Positions 1 to 11,072 are shown, counted from the first letter of the stretch. The stretch is DNA of 64,000 bases from an uncultured virus (IMG/VR IMGVR_UViG_2920970810_000002) (IMGVR_UViG_2920970810_000002); one strand, 5' to 3'. Program-made: numbers and translations. Notes: generated by a model not told the origin, from the letters alone.

Positions 1-124
1 AATACACCATCGCCTACACCGGAAATTACACCACGAGCGCGGACGCTAACGTCGATTGTCCGCTCCAGCACCTCCGACCCGGGTCACACTCAGCAGGCGG
101 AAGCCTAACAATCCGAGGACGAGC

Positions 125-154
125 AAGGGTCGGCCCCTGTTGGCCGACCCTTTT
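125..154 (+). terminator. Putative intrinsic terminator hairpin
   Basis: AAGGGTCGGCC-cctgtt-GGCCGACCCTT perfect stem followed by a short T run. Confidence 0.5.
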
Positions 155-344
155 CCTGGACCTTCACGTCGCACTGGTCTCCCTCTTGCTCCTTCGGCTC
201 ATCTTTGGATCGGAAAGACGACGTTCAGCTTGCGAGACGGATTTCTGGGTTACGACTTTACCCCTTGCCAACCTCAGAGTGCCCGAGAATGGACTAGTTT
301 GCCCTGCGTTCTCCTGTTATGGTCAGAAAAACAGTGAGGGCTGG

Positions 345-545
345 ATGATGGCGGATACGCCTGACCAGGCCATGACCGTAAGGGACGTGGCAGGTTACCT
401 GAACGTCGACGAGAAGACCGTTTACAGGCTCGCCAAGCGCGGGGATCTGCCGGGCTTTAAGGTCGCCGGTGCATGGCGGTTTAAGCGGTCGGACCTCGAT
501 AGCTGGATCGATCAGCAGAAAAAAGCAGCGCAGAACAAGGCGTGA
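345..545 (+). CDS. Excisionase-like HTH (HTH_17) DNA-binding protein, probable regulator of the RM operon
   Basis: MTVRDVAGYLNVDEKTVYRLAKRGDLPGFKVAGAWRF; start moved to ATG 345 after GAGGG; 10 bp before hsdM. Confidence 0.8.
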   Translation: MMADTPDQAMTVRDVAGYLNVDEKTVYRLAKRGDLPGFKVAGAWRFKRSDLDSWIDQQKKAAQNKA

Positions 546-555
546 GGGGCGGCAC

Positions 556-2688
556 GTGAGCGATTTGAATATCAGCAACTTCATCTGGAATATTGCCGAC
601 GATGTCCTTCGAGACGTTTACGTCCGGGGGAAGTACCGAGATGTCATTCTGCCCATGACCGTTATTCGTCGTCTCGATGCTGTGCTGGAGCCGACGAAGG
701 AAGCGGTGCTCTCCATGAAGACCCAGCTCGATAAGGCGGGGGTCGCGAACCAGCATGCCGCTCTGTGCCAAGCATCGGGAGAGGCATTTTACAACACATC
801 TCAGTTCCGCCTGCGCGATTTGACCTCCAGAGCGCGACGACAGCAGCTGAAGGCCGATTTCGAGGCGTACCTCGACGGATTCTCGCCGAACGTTCAGGAA
901 GTGCTGGATAAGTTCAAGTTCCGCAATCAGATTCCCACGCTCGTCGAAGCAGATGTCCTCGGTTTCCTGCTCGAAAAATTTCTGGACCCCTCAGTTAACC
1001 TGAGCCCAAAGCCGGTCCTCCACCAGGACGGGAGCGTCCGGCTTCCCGGCCTCGACAACCATTCTATGGGCACGATCTTCGAGGAGCTCATCCGCCGCTT
1101 CAACGAAGAGAACAATGAGGAGGCAGGCGAGCACTTCACGCCGCGCGACGTGGTAGAGCTCATGGCCTACCTCATCTTCATGCCGATCGCCGACCACATC
1201 CAGTCGGGCACATACCTCGTGTACGACGGCGCTTGCGGCACGGGCGGCATGCTCACTGTCGCCGAAGAGACACTGATCAAGCTGGCAACCGACCACGGGA
1301 AGGAAGTTTCGGTTCACCTCTACGGACAAGAAGTCAACCCGGAAACATTCGCCATCAGCAAGGCCGACCTGATCCTGAAGGGAGAAGGCGTTGAGGCCGA
1401 AAACATGAAGTTCGGATCTACGTTGTCAGCGGATGCGTTCCCGTCCCGCGAGTTCGACTTCATGCTTTCCAATCCCCCCTACGGCAAGTCTTGGAAGACC
1501 GACTTGGAGCGCATGGGGGGGAAAAAAGAACTGCGTGACCCTCGCTTCGTGATCGAGCACGGAGGCGATCCTGAGTTCAGCCTGATCACCCGATCCAGCG
1601 ATGGCCAGATGGTGTTCCTGGCCAACATGCTCAGCAAGATGAAGAAGGCGTCTCCCCTTGGGAGCCGGATCGCCGAGGTCCATAACGGGTCCTCGCTTTT
1701 CACGGGAGATGCGGGTTCCGGTGAAAGCAACGTCCGCCGCTGGATCATCGAAAACGACTGGCTCGAGGCCATCATCGCCCTGCCGCTGAACATCTTTTAC
1801 AACACTGGCATCGCAACCTACATCTGGGTCTTGAGCAATCGCAAGGCCGAGAACCGCAAGGGCAAGGTACAGCTCATTGACGCCACCGCTTGGTTCAAGC
1901 CGCTCCGCAAAAATCTCGGGAAAAAGAACTGCGAACTCGGCGTTGACGATATCAAACGCATCTGTGACGCGTTCCTCCTACAGAAGGAAGACGAGACGTC
2001 CAAGGTCTTCCCAAACGAGGCGTTCGGCTATTGGAAGATCACAGTCGAGCGTCCCTTGCGCTTGAAGGCGGAGCTGACGGAAGGAGCCTTACGGCGATTC
2101 CGCAAGACGTGCTCCGAAGCGGGAGAAAGCGATCTCGTCCGCGCCATCGAGGCGGTGGCGGAAGCCCGTGGTCCGGGCCCGCATTTGGACTTCAATGCCT
2201 TCGTTGCCGAGGTGGAGGATGTCGCCAGCTCGCTTGGCCTCCGTATGACGGCCAAGCGGCAGAAGCTGCTCATGTCGGCGCTCGGCCAGAAAGATGCCGC
2301 AGCGGAACCGGTGATCCGCAAGACCTCGAAGCCGAAGGCGGGGTCGGATGCGACGCGGGAAGCGCTGTATGGCAGCTATCACACGACGGTTGGCGGCAAA
2401 GCGTCGGTCGTGGAGTATGAGCCTGACACCGAGCTCAGGGATACCGAACAGGTACCGTTCCTCGAAGACGGCGGCATCGAAGCCTTCTTCCGGCGCGAGG
2501 TATTGCCGCATGCCCCCGACGCTTGGATCGACGCCTCGAAAACGGTGATTGGTTACGAAATTTCGTTCACGCGGCATTTCTACAAGCCGCAGCCGCTGCG
2601 CACACTCGATGAAATCGAGGCCGATATCCGAGCGCTGGAGAAAGAGACGGAGGGCTTGCTCGAAGACGTCCTCATGGGAGGGCACTAA
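556..2688 (+). CDS. hsdM: Type I RM methyltransferase subunit
   Basis: [23 protein letters not shown], motif [12 protein letters not shown], motif IV NPPY; GTG start at 556 inferred. Confidence 0.95.
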   Translation: MSDLNISNFIWNIADDVLRDVYVRGKYRDVILPMTVIRRLDAVLEPTKEAVLSMKTQLDKAGVANQHAALCQASGEAFYNTSQFRLRDLTSRARRQQLKADFEAYLDGFSPNVQEVLDKFKFRNQIPTLVEADVLGFLLEKFLDPSVNLSPKPVLHQDGSVRLPGLDNHSMGTIFEELIRRFNEENNEEAGEHFTPRDVVELMAYLIFMPIADHIQSGTYLVYDGACGTGGMLTVAEETLIKLATDHGKEVSVHLYGQEVNPETFAISKADLILKGEGVEAENMKFGSTLSADAFPSREFDFMLSNPPYGKSWKTDLERMGGKKELRDPRFVIEHGGDPEFSLITRSSDGQMVFLANMLSKMKKASPLGSRIAEVHNGSSLFTGDAGSGESNVRRWIIENDWLEAIIALPLNIFYNTGIATYIWVLSNRKAENRKGKVQLIDATAWFKPLRKNLGKKNCELGVDDIKRICDAFLLQKEDETSKVFPNEAFGYWKITVERPLRLKAELTEGALRRFRKTCSEAGESDLVRAIEAVAEARGPGPHLDFNAFVAEVEDVASSLGLRMTAKRQKLLMSALGQKDAAAEPVIRKTSKPKAGSDATREALYGSYHTTVGGKASVVEYEPDTELRDTEQVPFLEDGGIEAFFRREVLPHAPDAWIDASKTVIGYEISFTRHFYKPQPLRTLDEIEADIRALEKETEGLLEDVLMGGH

Positions 2689-2690
2689 GA

Positions 2691-4487
2691 ATGGCCACCC
2701 AGCGCTACTCCGTCACTCCCCATCCGATCGAAACGCTTCTGACTTGGGTGAAGTCCGGTGAGATTGCGATCCCCGAGATCCAGCGTCCGTTCGTGTGGGA
2801 TGCGACGAAGGTCCGGAACCTGCTTGACTCCCTCTATCAGGGCTATCCGGTCGGATACCTCATCGCCTGGCGAAATCCATCCGTCCGGCTGAAGGACGGT
2901 ACGACATCGTCCGGCAAGCGCATCCTGATCGACGGGCAGCAGCGCGTGACGGCGCTGATGGCGGCGCTGCTCGGACAAGAGGTGCTGACCAAGGACTACG
3001 AGACCGTCCGGATCAGGATTGCGTTCCATCCAGTCGAGGAGCGGTTCGAGGTTTCGAACCCCGCGATCCGCAAGGACGCGGCCTGGATTCCCGATCTCGC
3101 TGCGGTCTTCTCTCCTGATGCCAGCCTCACCGAGCTGACAGACGAGTATTCCGAACGTAACCCCGATGCCGACCGCAAGCAGGTTTCGCGCATCCTGGAA
3201 CGCGTCCGGAAGATCATCAACAACCACGTCGGCATCATCGAGCTGGCCGAAGACCTCGACATCGAAACCGTGACCGAGATCTTCATCCGGGTGAACTCGG
3301 CCGGTGCGTCGCTTAGCCAAGCGGATTTCGCGATGTCGAAGATCGCGGCCAACGACACCTACGGCGGCAACATGCTGCGCAAGGCCATCGACTATTTCTG
3401 CCATCTGGCCGTCGCGCCCGAGTTCCTCTCGCGCATCGAGAAGGGCGACAAGGCATTCGCCTCGTCCGAATTCCTCCCGAAAATGCGGTGGCTGAAGGAC
3501 GTCAACGACGACCTCTACGACCCTTCCTACACCGACATGCTGCGCGTGGCATTCACGTCCGAGTTCCGGCGCGGCAAGCTGCAGGATCTCGTGGCCTTGC
3601 TATCAGGGCGGAACTTCGAGACCAAGCAGTATGAGGAAGCTGTCGCCGAGGAGGCGTTCGCCCGCCTGAAGACCGGCGTTCTCAACTTCATCAACAAGAC
3701 GCACTTCGATCGTTTGACGATGATTCTGCGCTCGGCCGGGTTCATCACTTCGAACCTCATCCGCAGCCAGAATGCCATCAACTTCGCCTACATCCTCTAC
3801 CTGCGCGGCCGTGCGGAAGGCATGCCGGCTGCCGACATCGAGCGGCTGGTAAGACGCTGGTATGTCATGTCGCTGCTAAGGGGACGCTACTCCGGCAGCC
3901 CGGAGACGGCGTTCGATTTCGATATCCGACAGATTGAAGCGCGCGGCCTTACGTCCTATTGCGAGGCGGTTATCGATGCGGAGCTCCCTGAGAGCTTCTG
4001 GTCCACGCTGCTCCCGCAGGAGATGGATACCTCCTCGGCATCGAGCCCCTACTTCCTCGTCTACCAGGCGGCACAGGTGAAGCTAGGGGACCTCGGCTTC
4101 CTGTCGCGGGATATCACCGTGCGCGACCTGTTGCTGAATCGCAGCGACGTGCATCACGTCTACCCGCGCAACCACCTGAAGAACCAGGGGCTGACGCGGG
4201 GGCGCTACAACCAGATCGCCAACTTTGTCCTGGCCCAGAGCGAGATCAACATCGCCATCGGCGACAAAGCGCCCGAGGTCTACTTCGCCGAGCTGGCCGA
4301 GCAGTGCAACGGCGGGCCAAGGAAGTACGGCGGCATCACGGACATGGCCGAGATGCGGGCCAATCTCCGCATGAGCTGCCTGCCCGAAGCGCTGCTCGAT
4401 GGGGAAATTCCCGATTTTGGAGACTTCCTCGAAGCGCGCCGAAAGCTGATGGCAGCGAAGATCAAGACGTACTTCGAAGGGCTTTGA
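2691..4487 (+). CDS. GmrSD-like (DUF262 + C-terminal HNH) modification-dependent restriction nuclease
   Basis: [25 protein letters not shown] (DUF262 motifs); DVHHVYP...NQIANF (HNH-like). Confidence 0.85.
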   Translation: MATQRYSVTPHPIETLLTWVKSGEIAIPEIQRPFVWDATKVRNLLDSLYQGYPVGYLIAWRNPSVRLKDGTTSSGKRILIDGQQRVTALMAALLGQEVLTKDYETVRIRIAFHPVEERFEVSNPAIRKDAAWIPDLAAVFSPDASLTELTDEYSERNPDADRKQVSRILERVRKIINNHVGIIELAEDLDIETVTEIFIRVNSAGASLSQADFAMSKIAANDTYGGNMLRKAIDYFCHLAVAPEFLSRIEKGDKAFASSEFLPKMRWLKDVNDDLYDPSYTDMLRVAFTSEFRRGKLQDLVALLSGRNFETKQYEEAVAEEAFARLKTGVLNFINKTHFDRLTMILRSAGFITSNLIRSQNAINFAYILYLRGRAEGMPAADIERLVRRWYVMSLLRGRYSGSPETAFDFDIRQIEARGLTSYCEAVIDAELPESFWSTLLPQEMDTSSASSPYFLVYQAAQVKLGDLGFLSRDITVRDLLLNRSDVHHVYPRNHLKNQGLTRGRYNQIANFVLAQSEINIAIGDKAPEVYFAELAEQCNGGPRKYGGITDMAEMRANLRMSCLPEALLDGEIPDFGDFLEARRKLMAAKIKTYFEGL

Positions 4488-4528
4488 GATGCGGCGGTGG
4501 GCAAGCGACAGGCAGGGGGAGAACGGAA

Positions 4529-5575
4529 ATGGCTGAGCGGGACGATCTTCTCGCGTCCATCGCGGCGACGACGGCCGACTATCGTGAGGCTGATGGGGAA
4601 GCCCCGACGCCAGAGCGTATCGAGCGTTGGGTCGGTCAGTTCGACGCCGCAGTTCAGCTGCCAATTCTGCGGGAGATGGACCACGTCCTGAAGCAGACCT
4701 ACTTCTCCCGCGCGAGAACTGCGAAATTTCTAGCCGGACTGTTTCAGACCAAAGAGCTGGTTGGCGAAGATCCGTGCGCGTTCTGGAGGAGCGTCAAGTT
4801 TCTCGACATCCAAGGCGGCGGGGCAAGCCAGAAGGAGATGCTCGCTCTGTTCAGCAAGTTGCTCAAGGCGAATTGCGGTTTCGAAGTCTCCGAGTGCGGT
4901 AAGGACGCGGAGGTCTTTGTTTACATTGATGACGCGACATTCACAGGAAACCGCGTTAAGCAAGACATCGAGAAATGGATCGCCGGAGACGCGCCCGCGA
5001 AAGCCACAGTGCACATAGTAATGATCGCAATGCACACTGGTGCCAGATATTATGCGGAACAGCACAACAAGGGAAACATACTGAAGGCGGCGAAGGACGC
5101 CGGGAAGGATATCACCTTTCATTGGTGGTGCGAGCTAGATCTCGAAAATCAGAGAGCTCACACTGATTCGTCAGACGTGTTGCGGCCTGTTCGTATCCCA
5201 GATGACGCGGCAGTCGCGGAATACGTGGGAGCGATGACCCACAAGCCACACCTGCGAACGCCGGGACAGGTCGGTGGAAAGGGAATTTTTTCAAGTGATG
5301 AAGCGCGCCAGCTTTTGGAAGATGAATTTCTGAAGGCCGGTGTGCGCATTCGGCAGATGTGCCCGAACCTGAATAAGTATCAGCGCCCATTGGGAAACAT
5401 GCTCCTCGAAACGCTCGGTTTCGGCTCGCTGATCGTAACCTTCAGAAATTGCCCCAACAATGCGCCGCTGGCGCTGTGGGCGGGGGATCCTTGGTATCCG
5501 CTGTTCCCCCGCACGACGAACAGCGACACGTCGCTGCGCAGGTTCATGGCGATGCTGGCACAGGAAGACTTCTGA
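4529..5575 (+). CDS. Phosphoribosyltransferase-like protein, candidate toxin/effector
   Basis: PRPP-loop-like VFVYIDDATFTGNRV; C-terminal NCPNNAPLALW...WYPLFPR; TGATG coupling to the next gene. Confidence 0.65.
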   Translation: MAERDDLLASIAATTADYREADGEAPTPERIERWVGQFDAAVQLPILREMDHVLKQTYFSRARTAKFLAGLFQTKELVGEDPCAFWRSVKFLDIQGGGASQKEMLALFSKLLKANCGFEVSECGKDAEVFVYIDDATFTGNRVKQDIEKWIAGDAPAKATVHIVMIAMHTGARYYAEQHNKGNILKAAKDAGKDITFHWWCELDLENQRAHTDSSDVLRPVRIPDDAAVAEYVGAMTHKPHLRTPGQVGGKGIFSSDEARQLLEDEFLKAGVRIRQMCPNLNKYQRPLGNMLLETLGFGSLIVTFRNCPNNAPLALWAGDPWYPLFPRTTNSDTSLRRFMAMLAQEDF

Positions 5576-7701
5576 TGGCCCAGCCCAGCCAGGTTCGCAC
5601 ATACCATCCAGCGGAGAGCGCCGTCTTCCTTAAGACGAACGAGCGCTTTGGCGGGCTGTCGAACATGGCGCCGGGCTTCCCGATTGTCCTGAACGGCGTG
5701 CGGATCCGCACGTCGGAGGCACTCTACCAGGCCTGCCGTTTCCCGCGCCGGCCGGACGTCCAGCGCCAGATCATCGACGATCCGAGCCCCATGACCGCAA
5801 AGATGCGGAGCAAGCCGTTCCGCTCCGACACCCGGCCGGACTGGGATGCGGTGCGGGTGAAGATCATGCGCTGGTGCCTGCGCGTGAAGCTGGCGCAGAA
5901 CTGGCAGACCTTCGGCAAGCTGCTGCTGTCCACGGCGGACATGCCGATTGTCGAGAAGAAGGTCCGCCGCAAGGACTTCTGGGGAGCCACGGAGCAGCCG
6001 GACGGCACACTCGTCGGCATGAACGTGCTGGGTCGCCTGCTGATGGAGCTGCGCGAGCAGTTGAAGGGCGACGAGGCGGAGAGCCTGCGGTTCATCGAGC
6101 CGCTGGCCATTCCCGACTTCCTGCTGTTTGGAGAGCCCATCGAGGCCGTGCAGGCCCCGAACAATGCGCAGATTCCGGGTTGGGCCGCGCGGCAGTCGCC
6201 TGCACCCGTCGCCGCTCCGCCGCCCAGCGATCCCCAGCCATCCCTGTTTGAGCAACCAATGAATTCCGAGACCAAGCCCGCACCCGCCCATTCAGCCGCC
6301 GACAGCAATAGGCGCCGCGGCGCTTTAGGGCGTTTTCCGCAGTACCGAGACAGCGGTCTGCCCTGGCTTGGTGAGATCCCGGAGCATTGGGATGTGCGTC
6401 GCAACGGTCGTCTTTTCGCTGAGCGCGTCGAGACCGGCTTTGAGGACTTGCCGATCCTGGAGGTATCGTTGCGGACGGGCGTGCGCGTGCGCGATATGGA
6501 GAATGGCGCGCGGAAACAGCAAATGGCGGACCGCAGCAAGTACAAGCGCGCAGCCAAGGGCGACGTTGCCTACAACATGATGCGGATGTGGCAGGGCGCG
6601 GTGGGTGTTGCGCCTGTGGATGGCCTGATCAGCCCTGCCTATGTCGTGGCGCGCCCGTTCCCAGAAGTTGATCCGCGCTACTACACCTATCTCTTCCGCA
6701 CCACCGCCTACATGCGTGAGGTGAACAAGTTCTCGCGCGGCATCGTCTCGGACCGCAACCGGCTCTATTGGGACGAGTTCAAGCAGATGCCGTCTGCGTT
6801 TCCTCCGACTGAGGAGCAGACAAGAATTGCCGATTTCCTCGACGCACATGGGCGCCTCGCCGCGCGCCTGATCCGCAACAAGCGGCGGCTGATCGGGCTA
6901 TTGAACGAGCAAAAGCAGGCGATCATCAACCGGGCCGTCACGCGCGGCCTGAACCCTGACGCCCCGATGAAGCCCACTGGCATCGACTGGATGCCCGAGG
7001 TTCCAGCCCATTGGGAGGTCAAGCGGCTGAAAACACTGGTCCGCAACGTCACGGAACAAACGAACTCGTTGCGCGAGGGGGAAACCTACATCGCATTGGA
7101 ACATGTGAAGAGCTGGACAGGTGAGATTACCCCACCAGGCGATGATATTGCTTTCGATAGCCAAGTGAAGCGTTTCGCCGCGAATGATGTACTATTCGGC
7201 AAGCTCCGTCCTTACCTTGCCAAGGTGACCCGCCCCGAACAGCCTGGCGTTTGTGTTGGCGAGTTTCTGGTGTTGAGGCCCACGGAGGAAGCACCCATGG
7301 CTGAGTTCCTTGAGGTAAAGCTTCGCTCCAAGACCATTATCGATATCGTGAATAGCTCCACCTTTGGGGCCAAGATGCCGCGAGCTGAGTGGGGCTTTAT
7401 CGGCAATCTCCGCTTCGCATTTCCACCCAACGATAAAGAACAGGCGGAAATTCTGGCTTCGATTTCGGCGGAGACCAGCACGCTCAGCAATGCAATCAGT
7501 CGAACCGAAAACGAGATCACACTGATCAGCGAATATCGCGAGCGCCTGATTGCCGATGTTGTCACCGGCAAGCTGGACGTGCGCCACATTGAGATCGCCG
7601 CGCCGGTGGATGAGCCGATTGCCGACGAGGATGACGCACTGGACGACGTGTTGGAAGACGGCGATGCCGAAGCGATGGAGGGGGCCGATGCCGACGACTG
7701 A
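5575..7701 (+). CDS. hsdS: NADAR domain fused to type I RM specificity subunit
   Basis: N-terminal FGGLSNM, TSEALYQA, DFWG, GMNVLGRLLMELR (NADAR/YbiA); Pro/Ala linker; HsdS repeats YRDSGLPWLGEIPEHW and MKPTGIDWMPEVPAHW; LIADVVTGKLDV; acidic tail. Confidence 0.9.
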   Translation: MAQPSQVRTYHPAESAVFLKTNERFGGLSNMAPGFPIVLNGVRIRTSEALYQACRFPRRPDVQRQIIDDPSPMTAKMRSKPFRSDTRPDWDAVRVKIMRWCLRVKLAQNWQTFGKLLLSTADMPIVEKKVRRKDFWGATEQPDGTLVGMNVLGRLLMELREQLKGDEAESLRFIEPLAIPDFLLFGEPIEAVQAPNNAQIPGWAARQSPAPVAAPPPSDPQPSLFEQPMNSETKPAPAHSAADSNRRRGALGRFPQYRDSGLPWLGEIPEHWDVRRNGRLFAERVETGFEDLPILEVSLRTGVRVRDMENGARKQQMADRSKYKRAAKGDVAYNMMRMWQGAVGVAPVDGLISPAYVVARPFPEVDPRYYTYLFRTTAYMREVNKFSRGIVSDRNRLYWDEFKQMPSAFPPTEEQTRIADFLDAHGRLAARLIRNKRRLIGLLNEQKQAIINRAVTRGLNPDAPMKPTGIDWMPEVPAHWEVKRLKTLVRNVTEQTNSLREGETYIALEHVKSWTGEITPPGDDIAFDSQVKRFAANDVLFGKLRPYLAKVTRPEQPGVCVGEFLVLRPTEEAPMAEFLEVKLRSKTIIDIVNSSTFGAKMPRAEWGFIGNLRFAFPPNDKEQAEILASISAETSTLSNAISRTENEITLISEYRERLIADVVTGKLDVRHIEIAAPVDEPIADEDDALDDVLEDGDAEAMEGADADD

Positions 7702-10660
7702 CACCAGTGAAAAAGGCCTCGAAGCCCTGATCGTCCGTTCGCTGATCGACGAGGCGGGTTATGTCGCAGGCGACTCGACGGATTTCGACCGGGACCACGC
7801 TCTTGATGTCGCAAAGCTGTTCGACTTCCTGAACGCTACGCAGCCAGAGGCTGTGGAGGCGCTGGGGATCGGTGTGGACGGCCCGAAGCGCCTGCAATTC
7901 CTGCATCGGCTGCAGGGCGAGATCGCCAAGCGCGGTGTTATCGACGTGCTACGCAACGGTGTGAAGCACGGCCCGGGCTCGGTGGAACTGTTCTATGGCA
8001 CGCCCACGCCGGGGAACGCGAAGGCGGAGGCGCTGTTCGCCGCCAACGTCTTCAGCGTCACCCGCCAGCTGCACTATTCCAAGGACGCGACCAAGCTGTC
8101 GCTGGATGCGGGATTGTTCATCAACGGCCTGCCCGTCGCCACGTTCGAACTCAAGAACAGCCTGACCAAGCAGACGGTCGAGGACGCGGTCGAGCAGTAC
8201 AAGCGCGACCGCGATCCGAAGGAGCTGCTGTTCCAGTTCGGCCGCTGCGTCGTCCATTTCGCCGTGGACGACCACGAGGTGCGGATGTGCACGCACCTGA
8301 AGGGGAAGGCGTCCTGGTTCCTGCCGTTCAACAAGGGCTGGAACGATGGCGCGGGCAACCCGCCGAACCCCCACGGGCTGAAGACCGACTACCTCTGGAA
8401 GGAATACCTGACGAAGCGGAACCTCACCGACATTCTGGAAAACTACGCCCAGGTGGTCGAGGAGGTCGACGAGCGCGGCAAGAAGAAGCCGCCCAAGCAG
8501 GTCTTCCCGCGCTTCCATCAGCTGGACGTGGTGCGCAAGCTGCTGGCCGACGCCGAAGCCAAGGGGGCGGGCAAGCGCTACCTGATCCAGCACTCGGCCG
8601 GTTCGGGCAAGAGCAACTCGATTGCCTGGCTCGCCCACCAGCTGATCGGGCTGGAGACCGGCGGCAAGACGACCTTCGACTCCGTCATCGTGGTCACCGA
8701 CCGCCGTGTTCTCGACAAGCAGATCCGCGATACGATCAAACAGTTCGCGCAGGTTTCATCCGTGGTGGGACACGCCGAAAAGTCTGGCGACCTGCGGGCC
8801 TTCCTGAAGGCCGGCAAGAAGATCATCATCACGACGGTCCAGAAGTTCCCCTTCATCCTAGACGAGATCGGCGACGAGCATCGCGGGCGAACCTTTGCCA
8901 TCATCATCGACGAGGCTCATTCCAGTCAGGGTGGCCGGACCGCAGCGAAGATGAACATCGCGCTCGCCGCGAATGGCGCCGAGGAGGAAGAGGAGACGGT
9001 CGAGGACGCCATCAACCGTCTGATGGAGGCGCGGAAGGTGCTGCCGAACGCCAGCTATTTCGCGTTCACCGCCACGCCAAAGAACAAGACCCTGGAGGTT
9101 TTCGGTGCGCCGGTCCCGCAAGGGGACAAGATCAAGCACGTACCCTTCCACAGCTACACGATGAAGCAGGCGATTCAGGAGGGCTTCATCCTCGACGTGC
9201 TGAAACACTACACGCCGGTCGACAGCTATTATCGGCTTATGAAGACGGTGGAGGACGACCCCAAGTTCGACACCAAGCGGGCACAGAAAAAGCTGCGCAA
9301 GTATGTGGAATCCCATGACCACGCGATCCGCAAGAAAGCCGAGATCATGGTCGATCACTTCCACGACCAGGTCATGGCGTATCGCAAGATCGGCGGCGCG
9401 GCCCGGGCGATGGTCATCACCAACGGGATTCAGCGCGCAATCCAGTACTTCCACGCGTTCCAGGAATATCTGAAGGAACGCAAGAGCCCCTATCAAGCCA
9501 TCGTCGCCTTTTCGGGGGAGCATGAATACGGCGGCCAGAAGGTCACTGAAGCGACCTTGAACGGCTTTCCAAGCAGCCAGATCGAGGAGCTGATCCAGAA
9601 GGACCCGTACCGGTTCCTGATTGTCGCGGACAAGTTCCAGACCGGCTATGACGAGCCGCTGCTGCACACGATGTATGTGGACAAGACGCTGTCCGGCGTG
9701 AAGGCGGTGCAAACGTTGTCGCGCTTGAACCGGGCGCATCCACAAAAGCACGACACCTTCGTGCTGGATTTCATGAACGATTTCGAGGCCATCAAGACGT
9801 CGTTCGAGCCCTATTACCGGACCACGATCCTCAGCGAGGAAACCGACCCAAACAAGCTGCACGATCTGAAGGCCGCGCTGGATGGCTACCAGGTCTATGC
9901 ATGGGACCAGGTGGAGGACCTGGTGGCGCTCTACCTCGGCGGAGCGGACCGGGACAAGCTCGACCCGATTCTCGATGCCTGTGTTGCCGTCTACAAGACC
10001 GACCTCGATGAGGATGGGCAGGTCGATTTCAAGGGCAAGGCGAAGGCGTTCACGAGGACATACGGCTTCTTGGCCGCGATCCTCCCCTACAGCAATGCGG
10101 ATTGGGAGAAGCTATCCATCTTCCTCAACTTCCTGACGCCCAAGCTGCCGGCGCCTGAGGAGCAGGACCTGTCCAAGGGGATCCTTGAAGCGATCGACAT
10201 GGACAGCTACCGCGTCGAAGCCCAGGCAACCATGGCCATCGTGCTGCCGGACGCGGACGCCGAAATCGGACCGGTCCCTACTGCTGGCGGCGGTCGCAAA
10301 CCCGAGCCCGAGCTCGATCTGTTGAGCAACATCCTCAAGACGTTCAACGAGATGTTCGGCAACATCGACTGGAAGGACCGGGACAAAATCGGGAAGGTCA
10401 TCGCGGAGGAGCTTCCGGCTAAGGTGTCGGCCGACAAGGCGTATCAGAACGCCATGAAGAACTCGGACAAGCAGAACGCGCGCATTGAGCACGACAAGGC
10501 GCTTGAACGTGCCGTGATCGAACTGCTGTCCGACCACACGGAACTGTTCAAGCAGTTCAGCGACAACCCCTCGTTCAAGAAGTGGCTTTCCGAGACGATC
10601 TTCGCGGCAACCTATGCGGACACTGCGTCAAAAGCCAGCTCGGCTTCTATTGGCAGTTGA
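7688..10660 (+). CDS. hsdR: Type I RM restriction subunit
   Basis: NGLPVATFELKN nuclease motif, QHSAGSGKS, DEAH, FTATP; start MPTTDTSEKGLE overlaps the end of hsdS. Confidence 0.95.
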   Translation: MPTTDTSEKGLEALIVRSLIDEAGYVAGDSTDFDRDHALDVAKLFDFLNATQPEAVEALGIGVDGPKRLQFLHRLQGEIAKRGVIDVLRNGVKHGPGSVELFYGTPTPGNAKAEALFAANVFSVTRQLHYSKDATKLSLDAGLFINGLPVATFELKNSLTKQTVEDAVEQYKRDRDPKELLFQFGRCVVHFAVDDHEVRMCTHLKGKASWFLPFNKGWNDGAGNPPNPHGLKTDYLWKEYLTKRNLTDILENYAQVVEEVDERGKKKPPKQVFPRFHQLDVVRKLLADAEAKGAGKRYLIQHSAGSGKSNSIAWLAHQLIGLETGGKTTFDSVIVVTDRRVLDKQIRDTIKQFAQVSSVVGHAEKSGDLRAFLKAGKKIIITTVQKFPFILDEIGDEHRGRTFAIIIDEAHSSQGGRTAAKMNIALAANGAEEEEETVEDAINRLMEARKVLPNASYFAFTATPKNKTLEVFGAPVPQGDKIKHVPFHSYTMKQAIQEGFILDVLKHYTPVDSYYRLMKTVEDDPKFDTKRAQKKLRKYVESHDHAIRKKAEIMVDHFHDQVMAYRKIGGAARAMVITNGIQRAIQYFHAFQEYLKERKSPYQAIVAFSGEHEYGGQKVTEATLNGFPSSQIEELIQKDPYRFLIVADKFQTGYDEPLLHTMYVDKTLSGVKAVQTLSRLNRAHPQKHDTFVLDFMNDFEAIKTSFEPYYRTTILSEETDPNKLHDLKAALDGYQVYAWDQVEDLVALYLGGADRDKLDPILDACVAVYKTDLDEDGQVDFKGKAKAFTRTYGFLAAILPYSNADWEKLSIFLNFLTPKLPAPEEQDLSKGILEAIDMDSYRVEAQATMAIVLPDADAEIGPVPTAGGGRKPEPELDLLSNILKTFNEMFGNIDWKDRDKIGKVIAEELPAKVSADKAYQNAMKNSDKQNARIEHDKALERAVIELLSDHTELFKQFSDNPSFKKWLSETIFAATYADTASKASSASIGS

Positions 10661-10847
10661 ACCAGCGCATGGCGGTTTGGATCAGATGATCATGATCCAC
10701 GCTTGTGGCCTCTTGGTAGAACGCGTCGATCTCTTGCTGCGAGAGGCCCGCTTCTTTTGCGGCCCGTCGGCACAAGCCAAGGATCATGAAGGCATTGCTG
10801 TCATGTCCAGTCAGCTGGACTGTTATGTTGGGATACTTGGGGGGCAT
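10647..10847 (-). CDS. Small phage-type hypothetical protein (66 aa)
   Basis: GGAGGAG RBS; VQLTGHDSNAFMILG resembles small phage proteins; converges on hsdR. Confidence 0.65.
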   Translation of the reverse strand: MPPKYPNITVQLTGHDSNAFMILGLCRRAAKEAGLSQQEIDAFYQEATSVDHDHLIQTAMRWFNCQ

Positions 10848-10886
10848 TGACCGGCTCCTCCAGCGCAGTGGACACGACGCCTAGAA

Positions 10887-10911
10887 CGCTCGTTTCTTCA
10901 TTATTATCAAC
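10887..10911 (-). promoter_or_regulatory. GTTGATAA-N12-GAGCG promoter-like motif, copy 1
   Basis: Same motif and spacing as 35411-35435; each lies upstream of small phage genes. Confidence 0.5.
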
Positions 10912-11017
10912 AGGATAAGGCGCTTTTGGTTCGCGCTTTTCCCATTGCCGTGTTTAAGGGCTTCGGCCGCGACAACTTCGTAAGCGTCCGGTCGAAACCG
11001 TTGTCGGCAATGGCCAG

Positions 11018-11072
11018 TTTCGGGATGCGGGTGGCGGCACCGGAATGACCGGGTTTGGGTGGATAGCGGAAT
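11018..11072 (+). repeat. Cargo-flanking motif X, copy 1
   Basis: TTTCGRGAT-N18-ATGRCCGG-N3-TGGGTGGAWAGCGGAAT, shared with 14628-14682. Confidence 0.75.

Noticed and set aside
1..340. ORF 56-337 and triple TACACC at the window start
   Set aside because: No recognisable protein features; too short and truncated to interpret
4529..5575. DarT ADP-ribosyltransferase call based on the NADAR neighbour
   Set aside because: No ART motifs recognised; a PRTase-type DD..TG loop is present instead
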